Below the pieces are notes generated by a model. That model saw only the letters and a program-made list of their open reading frames with translations. It had not been told where the DNA came from and made no database searches. A stretch of DNA of 64,000 bases, from the NCBI GenBank assembly GCA_037137535.1, contig JBAXKC010000003.1, forward strand, positions 32,001-96,000, given 5' to 3'. The DNA is from a bacterium (GTDB taxonomy: Bacteria > Cyanobacteriota > Vampirovibrionia > Gastranaerophilales > JBAXKC01). A program made the translations under genes and the position numbers. Below are positions 40,815 through 51,431 of this stretch, piece by piece (the stretch's first letter is position 1; every line of letters begins with the position of its first letter).

Positions 40815-43481
40815 ATGCAAAATCTTTCAACTACATATAATCCACAAGAAACAGAAAATAAAATCTATACTTTTTGGGAAGAAAATGACTGTTTCAAGGC
40901 AGATGCAAGCAGTGATAAACCAGCATACAGCATGGTTATTCCACCGCCTAACGTAACAGGCGTTTTACACATGGGGCATGCTCTTGACGGTACAATGCAG
41001 GATATTCTTATCAGATACCACAGAATGATGGGCTATGAAGCTCTATGGCTTCCCGGTACAGACCATGCAGGAATTGCAACTCAAAATGTAGTTGAAAAAA
41101 AACTCAGAGATGAAGGTCTTTCAAGGCATGATCTCGGCAGGGAAAAATTTATTGAAACAGTATGGACTTGGGCAAATGAGCATAAAAGTAAGATATTAAA
41201 CCAATTTAAAAGACTGGGGGCTTCTTTTGACAGATCAAGAGAGCGTTTTACTCTTGATGAAGGTTGTTCTGAAGCAGTAAAGCATGTTTTTGTTGACCTG
41301 TATAACAAAGGGCTTATTTATAAAGGGCAATACACAGTAAATTGGTGTCCTAGATGTCATTCAGCTATCAGCGATATAGAAACCGAATACGTTACAGAAC
41401 AAGGTCATTTATGGGAAATAAGCTATCCTTTAAAGGATGAATTCGGTGCAATTGTTATTGCAACTACAAGACCTGAAACTATGTTCGGAGATGTGGCAAT
41501 TGCCGTTAATCCTAACGATTACAGATATAAATCCTTTATTGGAAAAACAGTTTCTATTCCATTATCAGGAAAAGAAATTCCGATTATTGCAGATGAAGCT
41601 GTAGAAATGGATTTTGGAACAGGAGCTTTAAAAATTACACCTGCTCATGATCCTAATGATTATGAAGTCGGTAAAAGACATGGATTTGAGCCTGTTTGGA
41701 TTATGGATACAGAAGCAAAGCTTATTGACAGACAAGATATTCCTTATGACGTAAGGGGTTATGATAGATACGAAGCAAGGGCAAAAATCATTGAGCTTCT
41801 TAAAATTAGAGGTCAGCTTATAAGAACTATTCCTCATGAACATAACGTAGGTCATTGTCAGAGATGTAGCGAAACTATTGAGCCTTATCTTTCTGAACAA
41901 TGGTTTGTCAAAATGACACCGCTTGCTGAAAGACCTGTAAATGCTATAAAAACAGGCGAATTGAATTTTATTCCTGAAAGATGGACAAAAACTTATCTTG
42001 ACTGGATGGAAAATATTAGAGATTGGTGCATAAGCAGACAATTATGGTGGGGGCATCAAATTCCTGCATTTTATTGTGATGATTGTAAGGAAATGATGGT
42101 ATCAATAGAAAGACCTTCAAAATGTACTAAATGTAGTTGCACAAATATTACTCAGGACAGCGATGTTCTTGATACATGGTTCTCTTCAGCTCTATGGCCG
42201 TTTTCAACAATGGGTTGGCCTGATTTTGAAAGTGCTGATTTTAAAAAGTTTTATCCAACCTCAACACTTGTAACAGGATTTGACATTATCTTTTTCTGGG
42301 TAGCAAGAATGGTTGTAATGGGTTATCACTTTACCGATAAATCACCGTTTGAAAATGTATTTATTCATGGACTTGTAAGAGATGAGCATGGACAAAAAAT
42401 GAGTAAATCAAAAGGAAATACAATAGATCCGGTTGAAGTTATAGACCAATACGGTTGTGATGCCTTAAGATTTACGCTTACAAACCTTGTAACCTACGGT
42501 GGACAGGATATTAAAGTTTCAAACGAACGCTTTGAATTCGGTAGAAACTTTGCAAATAAAATCTGGAACGCTTCAAGATTTGTGCTTATGAACCTTGAAG
42601 GGGTTGATCAAAATCCTATCAACTTTGAAAACCTAACTATTGTAGATAAATGGGTGCTTCATAAATTAAACGAAGCGTCTGATTTAATGAATAAAAACAT
42701 TAAAACTTTCCGCCCCGGTGAAGCAAGCAGTATAATTTATGAGTTTTTCTGGAATACCTATTGTGATTGGTATGTTGAGCTTGCAAAAGTTCAGCTTCAA
42801 GATGAAAACCTTAAAGCAAATACTCAAAGAGTGTTAAAATATGTTCTTGAAAAAACTTTAAGACTGCTTCATCCTGTAATGCCACATATTACAGAGGAAA
42901 TTTGGCAAATATTACCTGCTGATGACCTTAAAGACGGTTTAGTCAGTATAATGAAAGCTGATTATCCTCAATTTAACGAAAGTTTTGTAAATGTTGAATC
43001 TGATAAAGCGATGGACTTTATTATTGAAGCCGTAAGAAATATTAGAAATGCCAGACAAACTTTGAATATTGCACCTTCAGTTCGCATAAAAACCTTTATA
43101 TATGCTCAGGACAGTTTTGAATATGCAACATTAGAAGCGGCTAAACCTTATCTTTCAACGCTTGCAAAAATTGAGGAATTCAATATATCAAACGAAGAAT
43201 GCAGGGAAATACCGCCTCAATCAGCAACAGCCGTTGTAGGAAGTTCAAAAATTATCATTCCTCTTGCTGGACTTATTGATATTGAAAAAGAAACTGCAAG
43301 ACAGAATAAAAAGCTTGAAACCCTTGTAAAAGAGCTTAACAGTCTTGAAGGACGCATGAAAAACGAGAAATTTGTGAGTAATGCTCCTGCTGATGTTCTT
43401 GAACAAACCCGCTCGAGAATTGAAGAAATTAAAGTTCAATCAACAGCAATTAATGAGCTTTTGGCTTCGTTAAAAGGTTAA
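40815..43481 (+). CDS. valS: Valine--tRNA ligase
   Basis: PPPNVTGVLHMGH, DWCISRQLWWGH, KMSKS, C-terminal coiled coil. Confidence 0.97.
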   Translation: MQNLSTTYNPQETENKIYTFWEENDCFKADASSDKPAYSMVIPPPNVTGVLHMGHALDGTMQDILIRYHRMMGYEALWLPGTDHAGIATQNVVEKKLRDEGLSRHDLGREKFIETVWTWANEHKSKILNQFKRLGASFDRSRERFTLDEGCSEAVKHVFVDLYNKGLIYKGQYTVNWCPRCHSAISDIETEYVTEQGHLWEISYPLKDEFGAIVIATTRPETMFGDVAIAVNPNDYRYKSFIGKTVSIPLSGKEIPIIADEAVEMDFGTGALKITPAHDPNDYEVGKRHGFEPVWIMDTEAKLIDRQDIPYDVRGYDRYEARAKIIELLKIRGQLIRTIPHEHNVGHCQRCSETIEPYLSEQWFVKMTPLAERPVNAIKTGELNFIPERWTKTYLDWMENIRDWCISRQLWWGHQIPAFYCDDCKEMMVSIERPSKCTKCSCTNITQDSDVLDTWFSSALWPFSTMGWPDFESADFKKFYPTSTLVTGFDIIFFWVARMVVMGYHFTDKSPFENVFIHGLVRDEHGQKMSKSKGNTIDPVEVIDQYGCDALRFTLTNLVTYGGQDIKVSNERFEFGRNFANKIWNASRFVLMNLEGVDQNPINFENLTIVDKWVLHKLNEASDLMNKNIKTFRPGEASSIIYEFFWNTYCDWYVELAKVQLQDENLKANTQRVLKYVLEKTLRLLHPVMPHITEEIWQILPADDLKDGLVSIMKADYPQFNESFVNVESDKAMDFIIEAVRNIRNARQTLNIAPSVRIKTFIYAQDSFEYATLEAAKPYLSTLAKIEEFNISNEECREIPPQSATAVVGSSKIIIPLAGLIDIEKETARQNKKLETLVKELNSLEGRMKNEKFVSNAPADVLEQTRSRIEEIKVQSTAINELLASLKG

Positions 43482-43491
43482 GAGAAATAAT

Positions 43492-43530
43492 ATAAAACAA
43501 AAACCGCTCGCAAGGGTGGTTTTTGTTTTA
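43492..43530. terminator. valS terminator
   Basis: AAAACAAAAACCGCTC-GCAA-GGGTGGTTTTTGTTTT hairpin. Confidence 0.8.
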
Positions 43531-43561
43531 TCATGACTGGTCTTTTAGTTTATAACAGGAG

Positions 43562-43879
43562 TTGCTAATAATGGCTTTTTTAGGGATTTTAGGTTTTAGT
43601 TTATTTTTGACAATAATTGTATTGATAATTACATCTATCATCACTTATTCACTTATAACTATGATTAAAGAAATAAAATTTATTCAAATATCATTATGGA
43701 ACTTATTTATTATACTTTTGTCTCAGTTTTTCCTTATAAGTCTTTTTCACTCTCCAAAAGAGTCCCCTCTTGGCTCTGCAATATTTCAAACAGCTATATT
43801 CTTTAGTTTTATGTTTTATTTAGCAATACCAATTTCATACATAATTTATTGTTCAAATAAAATAAATAAAACTTCATAA
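43562..43879 (+). CDS. Hypothetical 3-TM membrane protein
   Basis: Three hydrophobic segments; AGGAG upstream (true start possibly ATG 43571). Confidence 0.55.
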   Translation: MLIMAFLGILGFSLFLTIIVLIITSIITYSLITMIKEIKFIQISLWNLFIILLSQFFLISLFHSPKESPLGSAIFQTAIFFSFMFYLAIPISYIIYCSNKINKTS

Positions 43880-43946
43880 ATTTATCGCCGCAGTTCAAAA
43901 AAAAATTTGTTAAGTTCAATTAATAAGCATTAAGGAGCTTTTTGTG

Positions 43947-45389
43947 CTATTTCTCAACCATAGCAAGCTTTTCCATCATTCTGCCTGCCCAGAATTTATC
44001 GCTGATTTGAACAGCTGCGTTTAATGATTTTTTATAAAGCTTTGCCGCTTTATCTTTTTGTCCGCTTTGCATCATAATATCGCCTGATTGCTCATAGCTT
44101 TTTGCGTAGCCTGAAATATTTCCTGCCATAACATCAAATTTTACGGCTTTTGAATAATTTTCCAGAGCTTTTTTGTTATAGCCAAGATCTCTGAATACTC
44201 CTGCAACGTTGCTCAAGACGGAGGATTTTCCAACATTGTCATCAAGCTGGCTTACTAGTGAATAAGCAACTTTATAATAATTGAGAGATTTTTTATAATC
44301 GCCTTTTACTGCAAACATATTGCCGATGTTGTTGAGTGTAAGAGATTGTCCCTGAATATTTTCAGTTTGTCCGTCAAGACCTAAAGCCGCAAAATAATGC
44401 TGTAAGGCTAAGTCAACCTTGCCCACATCATCATAAAGTGTCCCCATATTATAATGAGCTTTTGACTGAATTTCGTTATCGCCAAGAGCTTTTCCCGTAA
44501 GAGCAGCACTATTATAATATTCTAGCGATAAAGGAATATTATTATTCATATCGTGCATGTAGGCTAAATCCATGTAGATTTTTGCTTCGGTTTTTAAGTC
44601 GCCGATATTTCTTGCAACTTGTAAAGCCTTGTCATAACCGGGCATGGCTTTTTCAAATTCGCCCGAATCAACAAGCGATTCAAGTTGCTGATAGACTTTT
44701 AAAAGTTCTGTATTACTTGCTGTTAGCTCAGGAACTACGGGTTTTGTCGGTTGCCCGAGGTCAGCTTTTCTTGTAGTTATTTCAGTTTTTGTAGCAGAGA
44801 GTTGAATTGGAGGTTCAACAGAGGGAGCTTCTTCAATTAACTCTTCATAAGAGTGCGGTTCGTACTTTGTAACAGGAGTTGTTATTGTCGGCTCAACTTT
44901 TGTTGTTTGTTCTGCTTTCCAATTAATATTTTGAAGGAAAAGCGCTTTTACCCAGTTAGATACTACATCAGACGGTTTTCCTAAACTATCTGTGATGAAA
45001 GTATCTAATACATTTGATGCGTTGAGTAAGTTTGATTTTATTATATTTACAGTAGGCTTTGGTTTTAGGGCTTGAATATGGACGAGATCAAGATAGCCGT
45101 TTACTTCTTTTTCAATTTCGGGCGTAACACCTATTGCGCCTAATGTATTTTTAAAATCCACTAAAATCTGATTAACAGTTATAACAGTGCTGTTGTAGTC
45201 TATTGAGCTTTTTCTGTTAGGGCTTTTAGAGCTGCTTTGTTCGTCCCCTGCCTTTGATAAGGAAGGGTTTTCACTTTGGACTTTTTGCTCAGCATTGTTT
45301 GTCTCAGAAGTTTCTGCTTTTTTTAGCGGTCTTCTGATAATCTGAGGTCCATATGGATTATTATAAAGTTGATTTACTCCGTTATACAA
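43947..45389 (-). CDS. TPR-repeat protein with N-terminal low-complexity region and P/T/E linker
   Basis: About 6 TPR-like units (e.g. AHYNMGTLY..ALQHY, TLNNIGNMF..SLNYY); likely TTG start at 45389 behind GAGGG. Confidence 0.8.
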   Translation of the reverse strand: MYNGVNQLYNNPYGPQIIRRPLKKAETSETNNAEQKVQSENPSLSKAGDEQSSSKSPNRKSSIDYNSTVITVNQILVDFKNTLGAIGVTPEIEKEVNGYLDLVHIQALKPKPTVNIIKSNLLNASNVLDTFITDSLGKPSDVVSNWVKALFLQNINWKAEQTTKVEPTITTPVTKYEPHSYEELIEEAPSVEPPIQLSATKTEITTRKADLGQPTKPVVPELTASNTELLKVYQQLESLVDSGEFEKAMPGYDKALQVARNIGDLKTEAKIYMDLAYMHDMNNNIPLSLEYYNSAALTGKALGDNEIQSKAHYNMGTLYDDVGKVDLALQHYFAALGLDGQTENIQGQSLTLNNIGNMFAVKGDYKKSLNYYKVAYSLVSQLDDNVGKSSVLSNVAGVFRDLGYNKKALENYSKAVKFDVMAGNISGYAKSYEQSGDIMMQSGQKDKAAKLYKKSLNAAVQISDKFWAGRMMEKLAMVEK

Positions 45390-45891
45390 AGTACAACCGT
45401 CCCTCTTAGCTTCAGAGTCATAATTTAACCCTTTGCCATGCCCCAACAAATAAATGCTCAGCAAATAGCTGTTACTCTATATATAGTATCTCTTAAAACC
45501 CCAAAATCTTTTTACACCATATGGTTGATTTTTTAAATCATGTTGTATATCTTTTTACAAATTTACATTAAGGTTATAGATTATTTTAATGATTATTAGG
45601 AGGAAAGCAAAAAATCTTTCTGATTTAACACTTTATCTCTGATATAATCTGCCCGTAAGTTACTGATAATTTATGTATAGGTTTATTTTCAGAATTTTAA
45701 AATATATTTTACTGTGATTTTTATTACCTATTGGGGGTTAATAATAAATATTTAATAATTGTTTTTTTAGTATAAGCATATATATTTATTTGCATGATTA
45801 TTTGTATATTTATTTTAATATTTTAGCAATTTTTATTTTCAGTTACGTTTGATTATGTGAAACTAACATAGAAAGAAGGAGGTTATTACAT

Positions 45892-46428
45892 ATGCAAATT
45901 AATACAACTCAAAATCACTATGCAAGTTCTTTAAATAAAAACAACCAACAAGTAGGTTTTGGTATGGCAAAAGTAGATTTAACAAAGGTTAAATATTTAA
46001 TGCCTAAAACTGCTGAGGGACAAAAAGCTTTAGCGAGTGCAGTAGAGGTTTTTGAAAAAACAACAGCAGGTATTAAAGGTACTGTAGAATTAAACGTAAA
46101 GTCTTTAGACAGATATGCAAAAGAAGGAGCTAAAAGATCAGATGGTTTAGTTCAATATGCAGATGAAGGTCGCAGAGTAAGCGTAGGATCATTTAAACAA
46201 AAAATTAGTGCAATATTTAAGCCGGAAGAAAATAAGGGCTTATTTAATCTAGGAAACAAAAAAGTACCTCAAATTCAAATAGAAGAATTAAATCGCTCTC
46301 CAATCGTTCAAGAAAGTGATTTTAATCTTGGTGCCTTTGCTCGTCAAGATAAAGACTGGCAGGAAAATGGGTTAACAGGAGCTGTAAAAAATCTTGCAAA
46401 CGCTTTGAGCAAAGCGATTGGTAGATAA
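45892..46428 (+). CDS. Hypothetical protein with N/Q-rich N-terminus ending in VGFG
   Basis: Strong SD AAGGAGG; downstream terminator. Confidence 0.8.
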   Translation: MQINTTQNHYASSLNKNNQQVGFGMAKVDLTKVKYLMPKTAEGQKALASAVEVFEKTTAGIKGTVELNVKSLDRYAKEGAKRSDGLVQYADEGRRVSVGSFKQKISAIFKPEENKGLFNLGNKKVPQIQIEELNRSPIVQESDFNLGAFARQDKDWQENGLTGAVKNLANALSKAIGR

Positions 46429-46505
46429 AACACTAAACGAATTCAAGAAAAAGTATCTAAATATTTATTAGAAATACTTTTATATTGATAATCTAATTTT
46501 TATAT

Positions 46506-46548
46506 AAAAAGAGGCTGTTCCAAAAGTAAAAAGTAACAGCCTCTTTTT
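46506..46548. terminator. Bidirectional terminator
   Basis: AAAAAGAGGCTGTT/AACAGCCTCTTTTT. Confidence 0.8.
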
Positions 46549-46610
46549 TGTAGGGTTCATTATATTTAAAATAATTTTCTTATATAAATTATTTTGTCAA
46601 GTTTAAAGCA

Positions 46611-48344
46611 TTAATTTTCTATTTTTATTCTTTCTTGAGGAGATATTTCTATTGGTTCAGACTGATTTTTAATATATTCAGTTACTGCATCAGACATTGT
46701 CCAATCAAATATATTCATAACTCTATCTTCTTGATTAAGCATCTTATATCCAATAGATCCTGCAAATAAATAACCGTCATAAGCTACTGAGAATTTATGT
46801 GTAGGTTTATATTCGGAAAGATTTTTATCTGTGCCATCAGGTTGTTCTATAAAAATTTGAGAAACTTTATTATTACTATCGAGTTTGTATTTTAACCCCG
46901 AAGTTTGTAAATATTCAGGCTTTGTGGAAAGAGTAGAAGCTCCATGGTCTATTGCCTGTTTTATTTCATCTGCTGTTAATTCAACTTTATAAATTTTATT
47001 TTTAAACGGAAGTAATTCTTCAATTTCTCTTTTTGTTATAACTTGAACAGGTTCTGCGTTTTCCTCACTACCTATTTTGCCTCTGACTTTTGAATTATTA
47101 AAAAATGCTATATCAGCCCCTGCTTTGTGTTTAATTGCGTCTGCAACAAAACTTGCCAGAGGATTTTCAAGTTTTTGATTTTCGTTAATTATATTATTGA
47201 ATACTTTAAGTTTGCCTATATCTTTATTTTTTCCTAAAAATTTGTCTTTAAGCTCTTGAATAAGCGGGTCTTTTACTCTTTCTTTTATTTTATCCAGCTT
47301 ATTTCCAACGCTCCTTATCGAGCCGTGTTTATCAAATTCAACGTCTAATAACCCTGCATATTCGCCATTTTTTCCTGCTTGAGTAACGACAACTATATTA
47401 TTCTCAGAGTCTAAGAACATATTTTGTTCAGATTTTTCATACATGTTCGGCATTAAGGATAATAAATTTTCAGGTGAAGCGTTTTTAAATACATCATGAG
47501 AATGTCCGCCTAATATGACATCAATTCCCTTTAAATGTCCCTGCTTTATTTCGTTTATAAGCCCAATATCTGCCTGTTTTCCCAGGTGAGAAACAAGAAA
47601 TATTTTATTTATTCCTTGTTTTTTTAATTTATCAAGTTCATCGCTTATACTTTGAACAGTATCTTTGAAAATACCAAGTTTTAACCTTTCAAAAACAGCT
47701 TGAAACTTATCTGTTATGTTTTGATTTGAGAGAGGAGAAGGATGTTTAATTAATTCTGATAATTCTTTTTCTTTTTTTCTTAATTCTTGTTCTGATTTTC
47801 CGAGAGAAATCCCCGAAAGATCCGCATTACCACCTACAGCTTCTTTTAAATCCATAGGAGCAACCCCAATAAATCCATATTTATGACCATTTTGAATAGA
47901 AATATCAGATTTTACAATTTTATCTTTATGTTTATAAACAGGACTGTCTTTTTGGACTTCAGTATTTGCTGATAAAAACTTAAAATTTGCCCTTTCTAGT
48001 AAATCAGTAAAACCTTTTTCACCGTTATCAAGCTCATGATTGCCTAGAGCTGAATAGTCTAAGCCTATTTTATTTAAGCATTCTATCCATAAACGATTTT
48101 TAGGGACATCTGTATCAATACAATTATCACCGGAGGAAATTAAAAAAGTATCAACAGGCTGGTAGTAATTTTTGGCATCCTGTTTGAATTTGTCGGAAGA
48201 AATTTTAATTCCATCCATCTTGGATAACTGCCCATGAACATCGTTTATATACCAAATTTTTACATTGGCGGTTTCTTTTTTTTCTTCTTGCGAACGAGTA
48301 AAGAAACCTTTAAATGGTAATTTATCAGAATATGAATTAATCAT
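46611..48344 (-). CDS. Metallophosphoesterase/5'-nucleotidase (UshA-like) without a Sec signal
   Basis: NDVHG, SGD, LGNHE, SHLG, GGHSH and 5'-nucleotidase C-terminal domain (LPFKN); start at 48344 behind GGGAG. Confidence 0.85.
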   Translation of the reverse strand: MINSYSDKLPFKGFFTRSQEEKKETANVKIWYINDVHGQLSKMDGIKISSDKFKQDAKNYYQPVDTFLISSGDNCIDTDVPKNRLWIECLNKIGLDYSALGNHELDNGEKGFTDLLERANFKFLSANTEVQKDSPVYKHKDKIVKSDISIQNGHKYGFIGVAPMDLKEAVGGNADLSGISLGKSEQELRKKEKELSELIKHPSPLSNQNITDKFQAVFERLKLGIFKDTVQSISDELDKLKKQGINKIFLVSHLGKQADIGLINEIKQGHLKGIDVILGGHSHDVFKNASPENLLSLMPNMYEKSEQNMFLDSENNIVVVTQAGKNGEYAGLLDVEFDKHGSIRSVGNKLDKIKERVKDPLIQELKDKFLGKNKDIGKLKVFNNIINENQKLENPLASFVADAIKHKAGADIAFFNNSKVRGKIGSEENAEPVQVITKREIEELLPFKNKIYKVELTADEIKQAIDHGASTLSTKPEYLQTSGLKYKLDSNNKVSQIFIEQPDGTDKNLSEYKPTHKFSVAYDGYLFAGSIGYKMLNQEDRVMNIFDWTMSDAVTEYIKNQSEPIEISPQERIKIEN

Positions 48345-48432
48345 TATTGTATTCTCCCACCTTAAAGTTAAAAACACATTAGATGAGCTGTCAAGATTTT
48401 TGTATAATTCTTATTGTAAGCGTTTTCAGTAA

Positions 48433-49605
48433 TTAATATTTCAATACAAAAGCTTTGTTCGTTGAATGCCTATAAGGAGGCACACGTCCCCCAGCAAATA
48501 AAACAGTATTATCTTTTAGTTGCGTTATTGTAGGAGCATAATGATTAGTATCATATTTAACCTTATAAAAAGTATTAGTTTTAGGTGAAAATATTTCTAT
48601 ATCAGTTTGTGAGCCTCTTAAGTGATTATATCCCCCAAAAATCAAGAAGTTCCCATTATTTAATAAGATTTCATCACTTCCCATTCTTGGTTTTGTCATA
48701 TTAGAATCGAACATAATAAATTTATTTAAAGCAGCATTATAATATTCACAACTGTTGAGAATTTTGTTATTCGTGTCTATTTCTTGTCCACCACATATTA
48801 AAACCCTCTTATCATTAAGTTTAACTACTATCCCACCCCTTCTTTGATAATTCATATCAGGACCTGAAGAATATGTTTCTGTTTTAGGATTAAAAATAAA
48901 TGTTTTTTTTCGTTCATAAGATATAACTAACACATTACCATTATCTAGATTAACCAGTGCCCCACTCCACCACCTTATGTCTTTAACAACAGTGTTAAAG
49001 GTATTATCTTTTGGATTATATATTTCTGTTGACGGGATATGCGAACCCACATCTTTTAACATTATTTTTCCATCATCAAGAATAAGTGGTATAAATCCAT
49101 TTATCATTTCATTTTGTGCTATTATCAGTTCTGGACCTTGGTAAAATTTATTAGTAATCGGATCATAAAATTCTGTAGTTCTAATACCAGCTTCGCCAGG
49201 CCCAGGTATATATCTTCCATTTGCATTAACAGTACCTGGTTTATCATCATCAGCCCATCCGCCAATAATAAAAACCCTTCCATCATTTAATAATACTGCA
49301 ACGGGTTTTTCTCTAGCAAAAAGCATATCAGGTCCCATAGTAAATTTTTTGGTTTTAGGATCGTATATTTCTGTACTTTTTAATGTTTGATGATTAAATG
49401 GCAAAGCACTGTTTCTACCCCCTATAATTAGTACACGTCCATCTTGTAGTAATGTAGCCGTATGTCTGCACCTGGCAATATTTAAGTTTCCTACTTTTTC
49501 AAATTTTAAATTATTGCTGTTTTCTGCGATTACACATCTACCTATACAAAACACTAAAACTAAAATACTAAATATAACAATATAGTTTTTGGTGATTTTG
49601 TTCAT
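48433..49605 (-). CDS. Secreted Kelch-repeat beta-propeller protein
   Basis: Repeated R..H.ATLL.DGRVLIIGG..EIYDP units; N-terminal signal peptide. Confidence 0.85.
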   Translation of the reverse strand: MNKITKNYIVIFSILVLVFCIGRCVIAENSNNLKFEKVGNLNIARCRHTATLLQDGRVLIIGGRNSALPFNHQTLKSTEIYDPKTKKFTMGPDMLFAREKPVAVLLNDGRVFIIGGWADDDKPGTVNANGRYIPGPGEAGIRTTEFYDPITNKFYQGPELIIAQNEMINGFIPLILDDGKIMLKDVGSHIPSTEIYNPKDNTFNTVVKDIRWWSGALVNLDNGNVLVISYERKKTFIFNPKTETYSSGPDMNYQRRGGIVVKLNDKRVLICGGQEIDTNNKILNSCEYYNAALNKFIMFDSNMTKPRMGSDEILLNNGNFLIFGGYNHLRGSQTDIEIFSPKTNTFYKVKYDTNHYAPTITQLKDNTVLFAGGRVPPYRHSTNKAFVLKY

Positions 49606-49689
49606 AATACACTCCAATATCTAATTTACTAATAATTTTTATCAATACGCACTATTAATACCAAATAAATTATTTTAAATATTAATCAT

Positions 49690-49728
49690 AAAAAGCAAAA
49701 GCCGAATAATCATCGGCTTTTGCTTTTT
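49690..49728. terminator. Terminator at the end of the recA-rny-ymdB-PHP cluster
   Basis: AAAAAGCAAAAGCCGA/TCGGCTTTTGCTTTTT. Confidence 0.85.
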
Positions 49729-49741
49729 TATATTGAATTTA

Positions 49742-50605
49742 TTATTTAGCAGCTATTTCTAAACGATTTTTTTCTTCTCTAAGTCCTGATATTACCCATT
49801 CAGGAATGAAATTTTTGCCTAAGAAAAGCTGTTTATTTGCTTTTGGCCCATGGCAGTCAGAACCGCCTGTTACTATAAGCCCGTATTCTTCGGTTAAAGT
49901 TGAATAATATTCAACCATAGCTGGAGAATGTTTTCTATGATAAACTTCAATTCCTCTAAGCCCAAAATTCATAAGATCTTTTACAAGGCTTTCCACATTT
50001 TCAAGATCGCATGGATGAGCAATTACAGGAATCCCGCCTGATTCATATATGGTTTCAACAGCTTCATGAGGAGAAACGGTTATTCTGCGTACATATGTAG
50101 GTGATTTATCGTTAATATACTTAGAATACGCTTCTAATACGCTTTTTGTACCGCCCACATTAACAATTGATTTGGCAATATGTGGTCTTCCGATGCTTCC
50201 GCCTTCCATTACAAGAGAAGTAACATCTTCAATTTTAATAGGCATTTTCGCTTCTTTATTTAATTTTTCAATTATTTTATAGGTCTGCTCAAGTCTTGCA
50301 TGCTGCTGATATTTTATCAGTTCGGCAAGTGGTTTTGCGTTTAGATTCATATGGTAACCCAATATATGAATTTCCTGCCCTTCCCAGATAGTGTTTACTT
50401 CAATACCCGGAATGATTTCCATTTGCTTGCCTGTTTGTGATTCCAATAAATCAGCATGCTTTTTTGCAAGCTCAAAAGAACCCACATTGTCATGATCTGT
50501 AATTGAAATAGCCGAAAGTCCTAATTCATAAGCCGCATCTACAATCTGTTCGGGCGTTAACGTCCCGTCAGAATAGACGCTGTGAATATGCAAATCCAAT
50601 TTCAA
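49742..50605 (-). CDS. PHP-domain phosphoesterase (YciV/TrpH-like)
   Basis: DLHIHSVYSDG, ITDHD, GRPH, AHP, GGSDCHG; TTG start. Confidence 0.9.
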   Translation of the reverse strand: MKLDLHIHSVYSDGTLTPEQIVDAAYELGLSAISITDHDNVGSFELAKKHADLLESQTGKQMEIIPGIEVNTIWEGQEIHILGYHMNLNAKPLAELIKYQQHARLEQTYKIIEKLNKEAKMPIKIEDVTSLVMEGGSIGRPHIAKSIVNVGGTKSVLEAYSKYINDKSPTYVRRITVSPHEAVETIYESGGIPVIAHPCDLENVESLVKDLMNFGLRGIEVYHRKHSPAMVEYYSTLTEEYGLIVTGGSDCHGPKANKQLFLGKNFIPEWVISGLREEKNRLEIAAK

Positions 50606-50624
50606 CTTTCTATCCTTTCATAAT

Positions 50625-51431
50625 TTATCCTACCTCTTTTATGTCTATTAATTCATTAATTCTTTTGATTTCTAAAGCATTGCCTGTTTTTGTGTCAATG
50701 CTTATTTTAACTCCGTTTATGCGGGTCCTTCCAATTTGAGCGACATCATATCTTTCAGGAAGACCTGTTATAAATCTTTTTAATGATCCTGCCATGTCCA
50801 TTCCTATTATGCTGTCAACAACAGAACAGCTTCCTGCGTCTGTAATATAAGCGGTAGTGCCGCTTAAAATGGTTTCATCTGCTGTCTGAACATGTGTATG
50901 TGTTCCCACAAGAACGCTAACACCCAATGATTGAGCATAATAGCCTAGTCCTATTTTTTCAGCGGTGGCTTCAGCGTGAAAGTCTACAAAAATTATCGGA
51001 GTTTGTTCTTTTAATCTTTTAACTTCAGTCTCCAATGCTTCCCATGGGCTTTCGTAAGGTGGCATGAATACTCTTCCTAATAAGTTTATTACACCTATTT
51101 TTATACCGTCTTTTTCAAATATTTCAGAACCTTTACCCGGTACTGTTTTAGAAAAATTTAACGGACGTAAAAGAGCAGGAGCTCTGTCTATATAATTAAA
51201 GATATCTTTTTTGTCCCAAATATGATTTCCCGAGGTTAAAATATCAATTCCCGCCTCGGTTAATTCATTATAATTTTTCTCCGTAAGACCGAAGCCATGC
51301 GAAGCGTTTTCAACGTTAGCTACAATAAAGTCAGGCTGTATTTCAAGCGCTGACAAGTATTGTTGAACTGCTATTCTGCCGGGTCTACCGACAATATCTC
51401 CTAAAAAGAGTATTTCTATGAGCGATTTCAT
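50625..51431 (-). CDS. ymdB: YmdB-family metallophosphoesterase
   Basis: [30 protein letters not shown]. Confidence 0.92.
   Translation of the reverse strand: MKSLIEILFLGDIVGRPGRIAVQQYLSALEIQPDFIVANVENASHGFGLTEKNYNELTEAGIDILTSGNHIWDKKDIFNYIDRAPALLRPLNFSKTVPGKGSEIFEKDGIKIGVINLLGRVFMPPYESPWEALETEVKRLKEQTPIIFVDFHAEATAEKIGLGYYAQSLGVSVLVGTHTHVQTADETILSGTTAYITDAGSCSVVDSIIGMDMAGSLKRFITGLPERYDVAQIGRTRINGVKISIDTKTGNALEIKRINELIDIKEVG

Noticed and set aside
16600-48432. Shared sigma-28 or ECF promoter upstream of the FG-motif genes (TAGCAAT..GTTT before 16687 and 45892)
   Set aside because: No GCCGATAA element; the spacing varies and the match is unconvincing in AT-rich DNA
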